A stretch of 64,000 nucleotides of DNA. Origin: Candidatus Methylomirabilota bacterium (GTDB taxonomy: Bacteria; Methylomirabilota; Methylomirabilia; Rokubacteriales; DASRDR01). A program made the position numbers and the translations under genes. Positions 8,932-18,413 of the stretch are shown piece by piece. Below the pieces are notes generated by a model. That model was given only the letters and a program-made list of their open reading frames with translations, was not told the DNA's origin and did not search any database. The DNA lies in NCBI GenBank assembly GCA_036005065.1, contig DASYQW010000062.1, positions 569 through 64,568 on the forward strand. Direction: 5' to 3'. Position 1 is the stretch's first letter. Every line of letters begins with the position of its first letter.

Positions 8932-11213
8932 GGAGGGGTTCCTCGGGAGGCCCGGCAGATCGCCTCCGCCGTGATCGGCAGCTCGGTGAAGCGCGTCCCC
9001 GTCGCGTCTGCGATCGCGTTGGCGATGGCCGCCGGGGCCGCGATGACCGGCGGCTCTCCGACTCCCTTGGCCCCGAACGGGCCGTGGTCGGACGGGACCT
9101 CGACGATCACCGTGTCGATCGACGGAACCTGGTCGCTCTGCGGGAGCGCGTAGTCCATCAGCGTGCCCGCCAGCATCTGGCCCTGGGCGTCGTAGGGCAT
9201 CCGCTCGAAGAGCGCCCATCCGATGCCCTGGGCGACGCCGCCGTGAAGCTGGCCTTCGACCGCGGCCGGATTGATGGCCCGCCCCACGTCCTGGACGACG
9301 AGGTGGCCGAGGACCTCGACGCGGCCCGTCTCGGAATCCACCGCCACCTCCGACAGGTGGGCCGCGAAGGCCGGCGACCGCGCGAGCGTGGCGCTGGCGC
9401 CCCGGCCGAAGACGGGCTCGTACTTGGCCCCGAACTGCATGCTGGCCTTGGCGACGTCGCCCAGGGTCACGAAGCGGCCGGGGACGCCCCGCACCCGGAC
9501 GGCTCCGTCGACGATCTCGAGGTCGTCCATCGCCGCCTCCAGCTTGTCCGCCGCGATGGCGAGGATCTGGCGCTGCGCGTCCCGGGCCGCGCGCTCCACG
9601 GCGAGCCCCGCGGTGTAGGTGATCTTGCTGCCCCCGCTGGCGCCCCCGTAGGGCGCGGTCTCCGTGTCGCCGTTGATCACGCGGACGGCCTCGACGGGGA
9701 GCCCGACGCTCTCGGCCGCGATCTGGGCGAAAGCCGTGTTGGTGCCACTCATGTCGACCGTGCCCACCACGATGCTGATCGTGCCGTCCCGATCCATCCG
9801 GCACACGGCACTGGCGGGCTCGATGCCGCCCAGCCAGCCCCCCACGGCGACGCCCACGCCGCGGCGGAGGCGTCCGTTCCCCGAGTCGGCGGGAGACAGC
9901 GCGCGACGATCGCGCTCCGCCCGCAGGCGCTCCAGGCACTCGCGCAGGCCCATCTTGGGCCACGGCTGCCCCGAGATCATGGGATCGCCCGGCCGGGAGG
10001 CGTTCTTCAGCCGGAGCTCCAGCGGGTCCATCCCGATGCCCCGGCCCAGCTCGTCCATGTGCGACTCGAGGGCGAACGTCGCCTGCACGGCGCCCGGCGC
10101 GCGGTAGGCGCCGTTGCCGGTCTTGTGGGTGAGCACCTCGTAGCCGCGGAGATCCACGTGGGGGATCTGGTAGTAGCTCCCCATCAGCATGAGCGCGATT
10201 CCCACCGGAGCACCCGCGAAGGCGCCGGCGTCGAACACGACCCGGCCCTGGAGGGCCACCAGCATCCCGTCGCGCTTCACGCCCATCTTCAGCTCGAACA
10301 CCGCCGCCGGCGCCGGCGTGGTGGCAAGGAACTCCTCGGTGCGGGTCAGCACGACGGACACCGGCCGCCGGAGTCGCAAGGCCAGCGCGCCCGCCAGCGG
10401 CTCCAGCAGGACGAATTTTCCGCCAAAGGCGCCGCCCAGCGGGGTGGCGATGATCTTGACCCGGTGCTCGGGCAACCCGAGCACCTCGCAGACTTCCGAC
10501 CGGGTGAAGAACAGCGCCTGAGTGCTGGTCCAGATCGTCAGGGCCCCCAGCGGATCCGCCGCGGCCAGCGCGGCTTGAGGCTCCAGATAGGCCTGGTGCA
10601 CCGTCGACGTCGTGTACCGGCGCTCGACGACGACATCGGCCTCGGCGAAGCCTCGCGCCACGTCACCCCGGCTGAAGCGCTGCGTGTTCACCACGTTGGG
10701 TCCCACGTCTTCCTGGAGTCGCTGGCCTCCCGCCGCGGCGCCGTGCATGGCCAGCTCTTCCTCGCCGCTGGCGCCCCCCTTCCCGCGCACGCGCGGGGCA
10801 TCCTTGCGCATGGCCTCGGCGACGTCGACCGCCGGCGGGAGCACCTCGTACTCGACCTCGACCAAGCCCGCGGCGTCTTCGGCCACGGCCGCCGTCTCGG
10901 CCACCACCGCCGCCACGGGATGTCCGGCGAAGAGCACGCGGTCGACCGCCAGCGGGCACTTGGCGCGCGCATTCTCATCGACCTTGGCGAGACGGAGATC
11001 CCCGGCCTGAAAGACGCCCAGGACCCCGGGCACGGCGGCCGCGGCCGCGGTGTCGAGTCGCGCGATGCGCGCGTGGGCATGGGGGCTCAGGACCAGGCGG
11101 GCGTGAACCATGCCGGGCAGCTGCAGATCGGCGGCGTAGCGTGTGAGGCCGACCACCTTTTCCCCGCCGTCCACGCGGCGGATGGAGCGTCCGATCAGCG
11201 ACGGCTGCGACAT
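8910..11213 (-). CDS. Xanthine dehydrogenase-family molybdopterin-binding (large) subunit
   Basis: HQAYLEPQ, GGAFGGK, AYRAPG, GQLHGGVAQGIG, GAKGVGEPP (catalytic Glu). Confidence 0.93.
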   Translation of the reverse strand: MSQPSLIGRSIRRVDGGEKVVGLTRYAADLQLPGMVHARLVLSPHAHARIARLDTAAAAAVPGVLGVFQAGDLRLAKVDENARAKCPLAVDRVLFAGHPVAAVVAETAAVAEDAAGLVEVEYEVLPPAVDVAEAMRKDAPRVRGKGGASGEEELAMHGAAAGGQRLQEDVGPNVVNTQRFSRGDVARGFAEADVVVERRYTTSTVHQAYLEPQAALAAADPLGALTIWTSTQALFFTRSEVCEVLGLPEHRVKIIATPLGGAFGGKFVLLEPLAGALALRLRRPVSVVLTRTEEFLATTPAPAAVFELKMGVKRDGMLVALQGRVVFDAGAFAGAPVGIALMLMGSYYQIPHVDLRGYEVLTHKTGNGAYRAPGAVQATFALESHMDELGRGIGMDPLELRLKNASRPGDPMISGQPWPKMGLRECLERLRAERDRRALSPADSGNGRLRRGVGVAVGGWLGGIEPASAVCRMDRDGTISIVVGTVDMSGTNTAFAQIAAESVGLPVEAVRVINGDTETAPYGGASGGSKITYTAGLAVERAARDAQRQILAIAADKLEAAMDDLEIVDGAVRVRGVPGRFVTLGDVAKASMQFGAKYEPVFGRGASATLARSPAFAAHLSEVAVDSETGRVEVLGHLVVQDVGRAINPAAVEGQLHGGVAQGIGWALFERMPYDAQGQMLAGTLMDYALPQSDQVPSIDTVIVEVPSDHGPFGAKGVGEPPVIAAPAAIANAIADATGTRFTELPITAEAICRASRGTPPWRSGTD

Positions 11214-11301
11214 TCAGGCGCCTCCCGAAACCAGGAGTGACGGATCGACCGGGCGACCTCGCGCCCGCGCTCCCCCTCGGGGCGCGGACACCCGAAGCCT
11301 A

Positions 11302-11697
11302 TCACCTCTTGGTCAAGTACGCTCGCCACGGCTTCCAGTAGTACTTCTTCCACCCCGCGGTGACCCCCCGGACGTCCCGGTCCGCCACGTTGGCGTGGAC
11401 GAGGCGGATGCGCCCGGACTTGCCGCGAGGCCAGAACGTGAGGATCAGGATCGAGTCGAGATCCTTGGAGCCGAAGTTCGTCGATCGCCAGGTCTGGACG
11501 ATCATGCGCCCGGGTCGGGTGCCCAGCATCTTTCCCGAGAGGGCTCCGTTGAATGCGCGGAAGGCGGAGCCCGGCTTCGCGCTGATCTTGACCGGGCCTC
11601 CGGTGATCGCCGCGTGACTCCTGGGATTCAGATACATGCGGTACAGTGCGGCGGCCGTGGCGGGCAACGTCACGCTCTGCTGGATCGTCTTCGGCAT
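11302..11697 (-). CDS. SRPBCC/AHSA1-like START-domain protein
   Basis: IVQTWR, RLVHANV, GWKKYYWKPW. GGAGG lies 8 nt upstream of the ATG at 11697. Confidence 0.8.
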   Translation of the reverse strand: MPKTIQQSVTLPATAAALYRMYLNPRSHAAITGGPVKISAKPGSAFRAFNGALSGKMLGTRPGRMIVQTWRSTNFGSKDLDSILILTFWPRGKSGRIRLVHANVADRDVRGVTAGWKKYYWKPWRAYLTKR

Positions 11698-11766
11698 GAT
11701 CGAACCCTCCGCTGCCAAGGCCAGAGCGGGATCCGCGTCGCTTCCCGGTCTCGACGCGTAATCGCC

Positions 11767-12234
11767 TCAGCCCTGGCGGCTCTTCCCCATTACGGCCCGG
11801 ACGTGAGCGATGTACTTCTCGTCAATCGCAGAAGCGGGGATGTAGATGCTGATGTTGCTGAGGCTCAGGATCGCCCAGACGCCGCCGAATCGCGCGACGC
11901 GATCAACCTTCTCGAGCGGTAGCCAGTGCCACGCTTGGCCGACCCTTTGGCCGATGCGGTCTTCTTCGACGACGACGTCCACGTGCATCGGACCAAAGAG
12001 CAAGGGGCGCACGAACCCGGCGACGCACAGGACAACATTGTTCCACGCCGGGAAGAGGACGACCAACGACAACAGGAACCAGGGAGACGCCCACCAGGCC
12101 ATGGCGAAGACGAATGCCGTGATGGCCACCATCACCAGCACACCCGGCCAGTAGCCCATCCAGGTGGCGACGTGGCCGGCCAGAAGCTGCCGGCGACTCA
12201 GCTCACACGAGATGTGAAGTCGGTCAAGAGACAT
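11767..12234 (-). CDS. Membrane protein, YcxB-like (two TM helices plus a C-terminal PH-like beta domain)
   Basis: Two hydrophobic segments followed by WLPLEKVDRV...IYIPASAI, which resembles the YcxB C-terminal pattern. Confidence 0.5.
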   Translation of the reverse strand: MSLDRLHISCELSRRQLLAGHVATWMGYWPGVLVMVAITAFVFAMAWWASPWFLLSLVVLFPAWNNVVLCVAGFVRPLLFGPMHVDVVVEEDRIGQRVGQAWHWLPLEKVDRVARFGGVWAILSLSNISIYIPASAIDEKYIAHVRAVMGKSRQG

Positions 12235-12239
12235 GGCCC

Positions 12240-13094
12240 TTACCTGACCGCCCCGGCGACCAGGCCGGTCGCCAGCCGGCGCTGCAAGACGAGAGAGACC
12301 AGCACCGAGGGGAGCGTGAACACGACGGCGCCGGCCATCATGATCTCGATCGGCGTCTCCAGGTACCCGATCCACGAGGCCAGCCCCACCGACGTGACCC
12401 ACAGGGACTGGTCGCTGACGAAGGTCACGGCGAACACGAACTCGTTCCACGCCTCGAAGAACCCGATCGCGAAGGCCGTGACCAGCGCCGGGGTCGACAG
12501 GGGTATCGTGATGCGACGGAGGACGCCCACGCGGGAGCAGCCGTCCACCAGGGCGGCCTCCTCGATCTCGACCGGGATCGCGTCGAAGAAGGCCTTGAGG
12601 ATCCAGACCGTGATGGGGGCGGTGATCGCCGCGTTCGCCAGGATCAGCCCCAGGCGGCTGTCGAGCAGGCCGACCCGATTGAACAGCACGAACAGCGGGA
12701 CGATGAGCACCGCGGTGGGCAGCATCTGTGTCAGAAGCAGGAGGAACCCCACGGTGCCCCGCCCGCGGTAGCGGAAGCGCGACAGGCTGTAGGCGCCGAA
12801 CACCGACGCCGTGACCGCCAGCACCGCGGCGCCGGTCCCCACCACGAAGCTGTTGGCCAGCCAGCGCCCGATCGGCTGAGTCGCGAAGAGCCGGCCGAAC
12901 ACGGCGATCTCGGCGAAGTTGGGGGCCACCCGCGGCGGCCACCCGTACAGGTCCGCCGTCCGTTGAATCGCCGTCACCAGCATCCAGTAGACGGGCAACA
13001 GCGAGAACCTCAAGGCGAGCGCGACGAGCCCGTATCGGCCTCCCCGCCGTATCGTCCGGCGAACGCTCCACGCCGACGCCGGCCCGCTCGACAT
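12240..13094 (-). CDS. Carbohydrate ABC transporter permease (MalG-like)
   Basis: FFDAIPVEIEEAALVDG, WNEFVFA. Confidence 0.9.
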   Translation of the reverse strand: MSSGPASAWSVRRTIRRGGRYGLVALALRFSLLPVYWMLVTAIQRTADLYGWPPRVAPNFAEIAVFGRLFATQPIGRWLANSFVVGTGAAVLAVTASVFGAYSLSRFRYRGRGTVGFLLLLTQMLPTAVLIVPLFVLFNRVGLLDSRLGLILANAAITAPITVWILKAFFDAIPVEIEEAALVDGCSRVGVLRRITIPLSTPALVTAFAIGFFEAWNEFVFAVTFVSDQSLWVTSVGLASWIGYLETPIEIMMAGAVVFTLPSVLVSLVLQRRLATGLVAGAVR

Positions 13095-13157
13095 CTCAGG
13101 AGGCTCTCCGAGCAACCGCGCGCCGCCTGAGGCCCGGCCACACGGGTCTGGTTGTCC

Positions 13158-13233
13158 GCTCCGAGCGCCGGCTTCGCCGGCGCAACCCATTCCTGGGGGA
13201 GGTCTCGGAGGGGGCCGCCGAGGCCCCCTCCGA
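13158..13233 (-). repeat. Composite hairpin repeat, copy 1 (GAA-loop hairpin plus 12-bp GC hairpin)
   Basis: 13158-13183 is the reverse complement of GCGCCGGCGAAGCCGGCGCTCGGAGC. 13205-13233 is TCGGAGGGGGCC-GCCGA-GGCCCCCTCCGA, a perfect 12-bp stem. It lies between two cotranscribed permease genes. Confidence 0.85.
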
Positions 13234-13237
13234 TGAA

Positions 13238-14176
13238 CTAGACCGCGGCCGCTCCACCGCGTCGCTCGAGGACCTGGTAGACGACGGCGATGATCGCCGA
13301 GATGCCGATGCCGACCATGGCCAGCGCCGAGGCCGTCCCCATCCGAAAATTCCGAAAGGCTTCCCGGTAGATCTCGACCGCGAGAACGTCCGTGGCGCCG
13401 GCCGGGCCGCCCTGGGTGAGGATCCAGACGGTGGCGAAGCGCTTCAGCGCCCAGATCGTGAACAGCAGCGTCAGCACGCCGAAGGTCGGCCGGATGCTCG
13501 GCAGGGTGACGTGCCGGAAGGTCGCGGCGCCGCCGGCGCCGTCGATCCGCGCCGCCTCGTAGAGGGAGCGGTCCACGGCCGTCAGGGCCGACAGCAGCAC
13601 GACCGCCCCCAGCGGGAACAATCGCCACACGTCCACCAGGATGACGGCGGGAAGGGCCCAGCTCGGCGACACCAGCCAGCCGACACTCGCCCGGATGATC
13701 CCGAGGCGCCCCAGGATGAAGTTCACGAGGCCGTACTGGGCGTCGTACATCCAGTACCAGATGAGCGCGCTGGCCACCAGGGGAGTGCCCCAGGGGACCG
13801 TCAACGCCGCCCGCGCCAGTCCTCGGCCCTTGAACTCGTCGCAGAGCAACAGCGCGCACGCCATGCTGATCACCAGGGTCAGTCCCACGATCCCCGTCGT
13901 GTACATCACGGTGATCCACACGCTGTTCGCGACCTCGGCCGAGCGCGCCAGGTCCCGGTAGTTCGCGATGCCCACGAAGTCCGCCGCCCGCGGAAGGAGG
14001 TCGCGGCCTCCATAGAGGCTGCGGAGCAAGCCACGACCCATCGGGTAGAGCACCAGCGCGCCCATCAGCAGGGTGACGGGCGCGATCAGCAGATACGGGA
14101 GGGCGGCCTCCCGCCAGACGGCGGAGGGAGGGCGCGGCGCTGCTGCGAGTCGGCCGCCGGACGTGCCCAACACCAC
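13238..14176 (-). CDS. Carbohydrate ABC transporter permease (MalF-like)
   Basis: LYEAARIDGAG, ILTQGGPAGATD. Confidence 0.9.
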   Translation of the reverse strand: MVLGTSGGRLAAAPRPPSAVWREAALPYLLIAPVTLLMGALVLYPMGRGLLRSLYGGRDLLPRAADFVGIANYRDLARSAEVANSVWITVMYTTGIVGLTLVISMACALLLCDEFKGRGLARAALTVPWGTPLVASALIWYWMYDAQYGLVNFILGRLGIIRASVGWLVSPSWALPAVILVDVWRLFPLGAVVLLSALTAVDRSLYEAARIDGAGGAATFRHVTLPSIRPTFGVLTLLFTIWALKRFATVWILTQGGPAGATDVLAVEIYREAFRNFRMGTASALAMVGIGISAIIAVVYQVLERRGGAAAV

Positions 14177-14189
14177 CGCTCGGGCGTCG

Positions 14190-15446
14190 CTACGGCTTCT
14201 TCACGACCTTCTCCTCCAGCTCGGCCTGGGCCGCGTCCATCTCCGCCTTGGGATCGAGGTTGCGCACGAGCACGTTGCTCACGTGCTTCAGCACGATGTT
14301 CCGGAACTCGGGCAGCCGGGTCTCGAATCCCGCGGGCAGGATGGCATCCGGAACCACCGGCAGCTCGACGAACGTCCGCAGGTGCGGCGCCTCCTTGAAG
14401 ATCGCCTCGTTCGCGGACTTCGAGTTCACGATGTTCCGGGCGGCCAGGCCATAGTCCTTCAGGTGTCGCTGGAAGAACTCCAGGAAGGCCGCGGCCTCCT
14501 TCGGATGGCGGGCGGCTTTGGGAATCGTCAGGAAGACCGACTCCACATGAGTGACCGGCTGCTTGAACGGCGGGGGTACCGCCTCCACCTCGATGGCGGG
14601 ATTCTGTGTCCGGGAGATCACGATGTGGTTCTGGTTGTCGGTCAGCATCGCGACCTTCTCGTGATAGAACATGCGCCGATAGGTGGCCGAGTCGACGCCC
14701 TTCGGGAAGATTCCCGCATCGTACATCTCTTTCAGGAACCGGACCGCCGCCACCACGGGCGCAGAGTTCACGGCCGGCTTCCCATCCACGGCCCACCGGC
14801 CGCCGAACCCGATGACCCAGAAGGACGCTTCGTACCACCAACCCGCCTCCTGATCCATCGTATGACGGACGCCGTAGCCGAACTGGTCCGGGGCCCGGGT
14901 CAGCCTCTTGGCCACCGAAAGGAACTCCTCGGGGGTGCGCGGCGGCTGAGCGATGCCCGCCTCGCGGAACAGGCGCTTGTTGATCAGCAGCGCGTAGGAG
15001 ACATAGTCGACCAGGACGCCATACGTCCGCCCACTCACCTCACCGATCCGCTGAGCCGGCAGGAACTCGTTCTTCAACCTGGCCAGGTTGACCATCGTGT
15101 CGAGCGGGGCCAGATGCTCGCGCGTCATGAAAGAGAAGAACATGGTGTCCGACGCCGTCACGACGTCCGGCGCATTGCCGGCCGCCAGCCGTACCATCAG
15201 CGTTTCCTCGAACCGCGGGTACGGAATGCTGAATTCCTTGATCTTCACCTGCGGGTACTCGACACTGAAGGCCGCGGTGATCTTCCGCAGCGCGTCGCCC
15301 CGCGTCGGCACCGCCCACCACCAGGTGGCGAGCTCGAGCTCCACCGGGGTCTGTCCGTGAGCCAGCCGCAGCGTCCCCAGCAGGCCGGTGGTCACGAAGG
15401 CGAGGAGCGTGGCGATCCCGCACGCGAGCAACGAGCGACGCATCAT
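14190..15446 (-). CDS. Carbohydrate ABC substrate-binding protein (family 1)
   Basis: Signal peptide after a GGGAGG SD, AAGNAPDVV, INKRLFREAG..PPRTPEEF. Confidence 0.88.
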   Translation of the reverse strand: MMRRSLLACGIATLLAFVTTGLLGTLRLAHGQTPVELELATWWWAVPTRGDALRKITAAFSVEYPQVKIKEFSIPYPRFEETLMVRLAAGNAPDVVTASDTMFFSFMTREHLAPLDTMVNLARLKNEFLPAQRIGEVSGRTYGVLVDYVSYALLINKRLFREAGIAQPPRTPEEFLSVAKRLTRAPDQFGYGVRHTMDQEAGWWYEASFWVIGFGGRWAVDGKPAVNSAPVVAAVRFLKEMYDAGIFPKGVDSATYRRMFYHEKVAMLTDNQNHIVISRTQNPAIEVEAVPPPFKQPVTHVESVFLTIPKAARHPKEAAAFLEFFQRHLKDYGLAARNIVNSKSANEAIFKEAPHLRTFVELPVVPDAILPAGFETRLPEFRNIVLKHVSNVLVRNLDPKAEMDAAQAELEEKVVKKP

Positions 15447-15489
15447 GGTCGGATCCTCCCGATCTTGACCGGGTGGGGGCGCCCCGGGC

Positions 15490-16644
15490 TCACCGGGTCT
15501 CGCCCCGGGGGTCACCGTGACTCGTGTAGGAGCCGGCCTCGAGGTACCGCCGGTGGGCTTCGGCCAACCGCTCGGGATCCAGGGTCACCCCGAGGCCGGG
15601 CGCCATCGGCACCGGCAGCGTCCCGTCGGTGAACACGTGCTCCGGCCGGACGATGTCGTGGACCAGGAGCGAGAGATGGGTCTGGCTCGCCAGCCCCACC
15701 GCGTTCGGGCACGTGCTGACGACCTGCAGGGCAGCCGCCGTCGCGATCCCGAGGTCACCCGGGCTCTGCTTGGCGACCGGAATGTTGGCGACCTCGCACA
15801 GACCGCACACCTTCTTGAACGCCAGGAGACCCCCGACGCGGTGGGGCCCGGTCAGGATGACGTCCGCCGCCCGCCGGCGCACGACCTCCAGCACATCGGA
15901 CTCGAGCCAGGCGCCCTGATCGGCCGCAATCGGCACGTCGACGGCATCGCGCACCCGCTCCATCGCATCCAGATCCAGCATGGAGACCGGCTGCTCGACG
16001 AACTCGAGGTCGAACGGCTCGATCCTCTTGATCACCCTGATGGCCTCGCCGGCCGTCCACGCCTCGTTGGCATCGACCCGGAGCTTGGCCCGCGTGCCGA
16101 GCGCTTGGCGGACCGTCGCGACCGTCTCCACGTCGGCCTCCTCGTCGAGCCCGATCTTCAGGTACACGGTCCGCATGCCGCGCTCGACCGCCGCCCCCGC
16201 CTCCTCGGCCATCGTGGCCAGGGGCTTTCGCGCGATGGGATAGTAGAAGGGCACTCGGTCCACGACGGGGCCGCCGAGGAGATGGGCCACCGGTTGGCCG
16301 GCCGCCTGACCGATGAGGTCCCAGAACGCCATCTCGACCGCGGCGATCGCGTAGTTCCCGAGGCGGCGGAAGTAGTGCCAGCCGCCCCGCCCGTACAGCA
16401 TGCGGGTGCACTGCTCGACACGGTAGGGATCGTGGCCCTCGATCAGGCCCGCGAGGTGTCTCAGCGCCTCGAGCATGATCGGCGTGGACGGCGCGCCCAC
16501 GGCTTCTCCGAGCCCGACCAGCCCGTCGTCGGTGTGGACCTGCACGATGACGCGCGAAATCCCGCGTCGCTCGCCCCACGCCCAGGTCTCCGGCTCGCGG
16601 AACGGCACCGAGACGGGCGTGATCTCGACCCGCGTCACTTTCAT
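15490..16644 (-). CDS. Mandelate racemase/muconate lactonizing enzyme (enolase superfamily)
   Basis: TDDGLVGLGE, YLKIG (KxK variant), RVDANEAW, FVEQP, AADQ. Confidence 0.88.
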   Translation of the reverse strand: MKVTRVEITPVSVPFREPETWAWGERRGISRVIVQVHTDDGLVGLGEAVGAPSTPIMLEALRHLAGLIEGHDPYRVEQCTRMLYGRGGWHYFRRLGNYAIAAVEMAFWDLIGQAAGQPVAHLLGGPVVDRVPFYYPIARKPLATMAEEAGAAVERGMRTVYLKIGLDEEADVETVATVRQALGTRAKLRVDANEAWTAGEAIRVIKRIEPFDLEFVEQPVSMLDLDAMERVRDAVDVPIAADQGAWLESDVLEVVRRRAADVILTGPHRVGGLLAFKKVCGLCEVANIPVAKQSPGDLGIATAAALQVVSTCPNAVGLASQTHLSLLVHDIVRPEHVFTDGTLPVPMAPGLGVTLDPERLAEAHRRYLEAGSYTSHGDPRGETR

Positions 16645-16813
16645 GTCGAGGCTCGTAGGTCCTGTCGGGACCGCGAAGCCACCGAGGGCCGCGCGGTCCT
16701 GGGCGGGAACGATAGCACCGAGGCCCCGGCCTGGCAAGCGAGCCGCGGTGTCGTCGCCCCGCCGGATTGCCGACGGCATCGGTCAGCCCTGATCGGCAAG
16801 AAATGGGTGGGCC

Positions 16814-17110
16814 ATGAGCCCCTCCTACCCTTGCAGCCTTTCTCGTGGTCGCCGTCGTCGTCATCGTGACGCCGGGGCCGGACACGGCCCTGACCATTCG
16901 CAACACGCTGCTGGGCGGGCGCCGGGGCGGTGTCTTCACGGCGATGGGTGTCGCGGCCGGACAGGCTACCTGGGCCCTGGCGACGAGTGTGGGCGTCACG
17001 ACGCTGCTCGCCGCGTCCGAGCCGGTCTTCGTCGCGGTTCAAGCTCGGCGGCGCGGCCTACTTCCTCGGGATTCAGGCGCTGCGCGGCGCCTGGCGGCCC
17101 TCGGGCCAGG
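16814..17110 (+). pseudogene. LysE/RhtB translocator, frameshifted and 3'-truncated
   Basis: The canonical N-terminus LAAFLVVAVVVIVTPGPDTAL is out of frame with the ATG at 16814. It shifts frame again at about 17037 into FKLGGAAYFLGIQALR. There is no C-terminal half before the convergent gene at 17145. Confidence 0.8.
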
Positions 17111-17144
17111 GCCCGACCACCCCGACGGGGGGCCGTCCCCCGTC

Positions 17145-18413
17145 TCACAGGGGGACGACGGCCCCCAGCATCGTCAGGTTGGGTGGAATCCGCGGCACGT
17201 CAGTCGTCCCGGGGCGGTCGTAGGTCGCCGGCCAGCGGAGGCCGGCCCCGGTGCCGAGGACGACCGCCGTCTCGGCCGGCCGAAGGACCCCCTCCTTGCC
17301 CAGGGCGCGCAGGCCGGCCAGGGCGGTGGCGGAGGAGGGTTCGAGGGCGAGGCCATGCTGGCCCAGCTCTCGGCCGGCGTCCCGGATCGCCTCGTCCGTC
17401 ACCGCGACCGCCGAGCCGCCGGACTCGCGGACGGCGCGTAGGGCGTGGTCGCCGCTGAGACGGTCGACGAGCGACAACGCGATGGTCGGCCGAGGCCTGA
17501 CCGGCCTCACGTCCGGCCATCCGGCGCGCCACGCGGCGACCACCGAGTCGCCCGCCTCCGGCTGGCAGGCGACCATGCGAGGTCCGGTCGGCGCGAGCCC
17601 GAGCTCGACGAGCTCGCGGAATCCTCGCCACACCCCGGCGATGCCGTCGCCGCCCCCGACCGGCACACAGCACCAGGCAGGCACGCGGCGGCCGAGCTGC
17701 TGCCAGATCTCGTAGGCGATGGTCTTGTAGCCCTCGAGCCCGAACGGGTTCCCGACGCGCCGGCCCTCGACGAGCGGGGCGTTCCGGTTCGAGACGAACC
17801 AGCCGTGGTCTTGGTGGAGCGCCTCCAGGAGCGTCAGGGGCGAGCCCGGGCCACGATCCGGCTCTACGATCACCGCCTCCCCTCCGTAGTGACGCACCTC
17901 GGCGACGACCGAGGGAGGCGCGTCCGGCGGGAACAGCACCAGGCTCCGGAGGCCGGCTGCCGACGCATACGCGGCCATCGAGACCCCGTGGTTCCCCGAT
18001 GAGGTGCAACAGATCCGGTCGTAGCCGAGCTCGCGGGCGATGGCCACCGCCACCGCGTTCGTTCGATCCTTGTACGACAGGGTCGGGTTGGCCCCTTCCA
18101 GCTTGACCGCCGCCTCAGCGAGCCCGAGCTCCCGCGCGACCCACTCCATCGCGACCAGCGGCGTCTGTCCCTCCCCGAGGGTGACCGTCGCCTCCTGGCG
18201 AGTCACCGGGAGGAACCGGTGAAAGCTCCAGAAGTGCGTCCCGCCGGTGAGGCGGCCGGCATCCGCCGGCTCGAACGCATACGTGACCGCCAGCGCGCCC
18301 GCCCGGCCGGCCGCCCGGCAGCTCTGGCAGCCCGAGAGCTGCGGCCCCCACGGGTGAGCGGCACCGCACTGCGTGCAGGCGAGCCCGGTCGCGGCCGAAT
18401 AGGCGGCGCTCAT
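17145..18413 (-). CDS. PLP-dependent threonine synthase-like protein
   Basis: N-terminal CxxC...CxxC, TLGEGQTPL, EGANPTLSYKDR (PLP lysine), SSGNHG, EPSSAT. Confidence 0.85.
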   Translation of the reverse strand: MSAAYSAATGLACTQCGAAHPWGPQLSGCQSCRAAGRAGALAVTYAFEPADAGRLTGGTHFWSFHRFLPVTRQEATVTLGEGQTPLVAMEWVARELGLAEAAVKLEGANPTLSYKDRTNAVAVAIARELGYDRICCTSSGNHGVSMAAYASAAGLRSLVLFPPDAPPSVVAEVRHYGGEAVIVEPDRGPGSPLTLLEALHQDHGWFVSNRNAPLVEGRRVGNPFGLEGYKTIAYEIWQQLGRRVPAWCCVPVGGGDGIAGVWRGFRELVELGLAPTGPRMVACQPEAGDSVVAAWRAGWPDVRPVRPRPTIALSLVDRLSGDHALRAVRESGGSAVAVTDEAIRDAGRELGQHGLALEPSSATALAGLRALGKEGVLRPAETAVVLGTGAGLRWPATYDRPGTTDVPRIPPNLTMLGAVVPL

